DNA of 64,000 nt from Dicyema japonicum (lineage: Eukaryota > Animalia > Dicyemida): contig RDEW01000083.1 of assembly GCA_011109175.1 (NCBI GenBank), positions 75,364 to 139,363 on the forward strand, written 5' to 3'. Each line of letters begins with the position of its first letter. Positions within the stretch are counted from its first letter, which is position 1. The notes under the pieces are model-generated. The model did no database searches and was not told where the DNA came from. It worked only from the letters and a program-made list of their open reading frames with translations. Of this stretch, positions 61,894 to 64,000 are shown piece after piece. Position numbers and translations under genes: made by a program.

Positions 61894-63092
61894 TTAAACA
61901 ACCAAATTATCACGGAAATACGCAAGCAAGGCAATAATCGTAGTACCAACGAACAAACCGGAGAATTCAATGGCCAGAATTTTGACTGCTGTTCATAAAT
62001 TCACTTGCATCATCTAAGATCTGGGACCGTATTTTCTTGAGTTCCAAAACTTCGATGAGATCAGACCATACCATTGCGAAGAAAGAAATATTGACAAAGA
62101 TTCCCATAACAAATGCAAGGGACCAGCTAATCATGCCGTCCACTGAGCCGAATATCATCCCCAAAATAAATCCAAGAACAAGGAAGACGATTGAAATGTA
62201 GTTCAAAAGGAGAGCTTTTCTAACCGAGTACCCCGAGTTGAGGAAGATTGAAATATCCCCTACATTTGTCAAATAATAGTCTCGCCTATTTCATGAGTGA
62301 ACTCTTCGCAGATAATCACTATCCCGAGACTGACTCCAAGGGAGAGGCTGAAGGAGTAAGCCGTACTTAGAGAGAACCCGTCCATAAACTTGTGGATGCT
62401 GTCTCCGATGATGATTGCCGTTATAATGGAAGTCGATTTTTGTGTAACCTGATTTATAACCTTCAAAAACCTGCTGGTTATCTTTTCGATCTCTGGAAGA
62501 CGTCGAAGATTGCGTCGATCGCCAGTATTAAGTAAACCCCCATCAATATAGTCAGACCTTTGCTTAGAAGTACTCCCTTGGGTTCCTCAATGTTAAAAAT
62601 CTAAAAAATATTTGAAACCAAACTTCAGATAGCAAAAATAGCACGGAGACTCCACCCAAGGCTCCAATTGATTGGGAGAGTAGGAACGACAGAATGTACT
62701 TGTAAAAGTATTTGCAGCTCAAAAAAGCAAAAAAGAAGCCAATTCCTGAAAATATGGAAATAATAAGCACATTTACTGTCCCATATAGCCAGGCTAACTT
62801 AGAAATGCACAAATTACAGTACTTTTTTGTTCGGTCGTTTAGTTTTAAGGACTTTATCTTTCAAAGGTTCCGATAGGACAGTGAAAGACCTCAGAACTCT
62901 GCTTTCTGGAAGAGCATGGCTTGTCCTGTACTCACTCACTGCCTAAGATTATAAATTGGGGATAGCTTGAGTGTTGAGGAAAATGTCAGTATATTTTTGA
63001 GGATTCTGTTGTTCAGTGATGTTATGTATTTTCTTGCAAAACTCACGGACGGAATCCCCGTTAACTTTACAGAACAGCAATAACAGAACCAT
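61894..63092 (-). CDS. SLC39A8/14-like: ZIP (SLC39, LIV-1 subfamily, ZIP8/14-type) metal transporter
   Basis: Signal-like MVLLLLFCKVNG, TM1 AWLYGTVNVLIIS, TM4 IGDSIHKFMDG, TM5 CEEFTHEIGD and last TM EFSGLFVGTTIIALL. It needs two GC-AG introns. One frame switch near 62470-62490 is ambiguous. Confidence 0.88.
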
Positions 63093-64000
63093 CGTTAAAT
63101 TTCGTAACTGGTCTATTTATACCTTAAAATTCTTGGAAATTAGTTTTTTGCATAAATTAATCGAATCCGAGTCTACAAGGAACACGTGGATCCCCAGGGA
63201 AACCTAAATGATCAGCTTGACTGTCCAGTTTACACTTGATAGAGATACGTACAAGGGCAGACTTGACCTCTACAGGGATGAGGTTGAGTTTGTACAATAT
63301 CCGTAGATGATCCCTACCGATAACAAAAAGCGTAATCGATTGTACCGAGAATTGAAGAACTGATACAGACGTCAGTGTCAGGTTCAAATACTCCCAGCCA
63401 CTGGGGAATAGTGATAGGGGATCGAAGACTTAACGGAAATGCCAGAAAACATACAACATGGAGGATCCTCAATCTTAGAAACCTGAGGGTTAAATTTTCA
63501 CAGTCGGAATAGTGATCGAGGTATTTTACTATTTATATAAAATCTGGGGGTTGACTATTCTATACCAAGTTTTCTATCACCCTGATTATTACGAAGAACC
63601 AGAGACAGATATATAACCGATCTCTTTGAACTAAAAAGATATTCTATAAAGAACTTTGGCTATTCGTGAGCATTGTTCCGAAATAGCTTCTTATGATCTG
63701 TATATTAAGTTGAGTAAATTTCCCCCATATTACGGAAATAGAATGAAGTTTATAAAAATATAAGCAATAAGTCACCGGAGTTTTATGTTAAATGTCGCAT
63801 GTCATTACGGTTACACTAAAATAAACGTTGCAGTACTATACCTCTTTGGGTACTATGTTAGGTGGAAGATTTTGTTCTTCGGAATTATTTACATTTGAAC
63901 TTTACATACAAGACATCACAATGTTTGATTCATGCAACTGAGAACTACTCCCATGTCGTATTCAACTTAGATTCATGTGATGTTCAGTATCATAACTTTA

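Overview
Eukaryotic nuclear DNA from an animal, AT-rich (roughly 35% GC by eye), read with the standard genetic code. It is not prokaryotic, and the supplied ORF track is fragmented because almost every host gene is split by ultra-short GT-AG introns, mostly 20-27 nt. Manual splicing recovers STIM, an E-protein bHLH factor, an importin-alpha-like ARM protein, CNDP2, PAXIP1/PTIP, FAM81-like, CCDC103, a Shaker/Kv1 channel, CCDC78, MRPL49, NDRG and a ZIP8/14-type metal transporter, plus an intron-containing tRNA-Ile(UAU). Tiny introns together with motile-cilia genes (CCDC103, CCDC78) suggest a highly reduced ciliated parasite such as a dicyemid or orthonectid; this is inference. Positions 1-38 kb are largely decayed, nested transposons (RTE LINEs, CRE-like RLE fragments, pogo/Tigger, hAT). 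Positions 38-64 kb are gene-dense. The most unexpected signal is a several-fold excess of the palindrome CACGTG (about 40 copies by hand count) in exons, introns, intergenic DNA and transposons alike.
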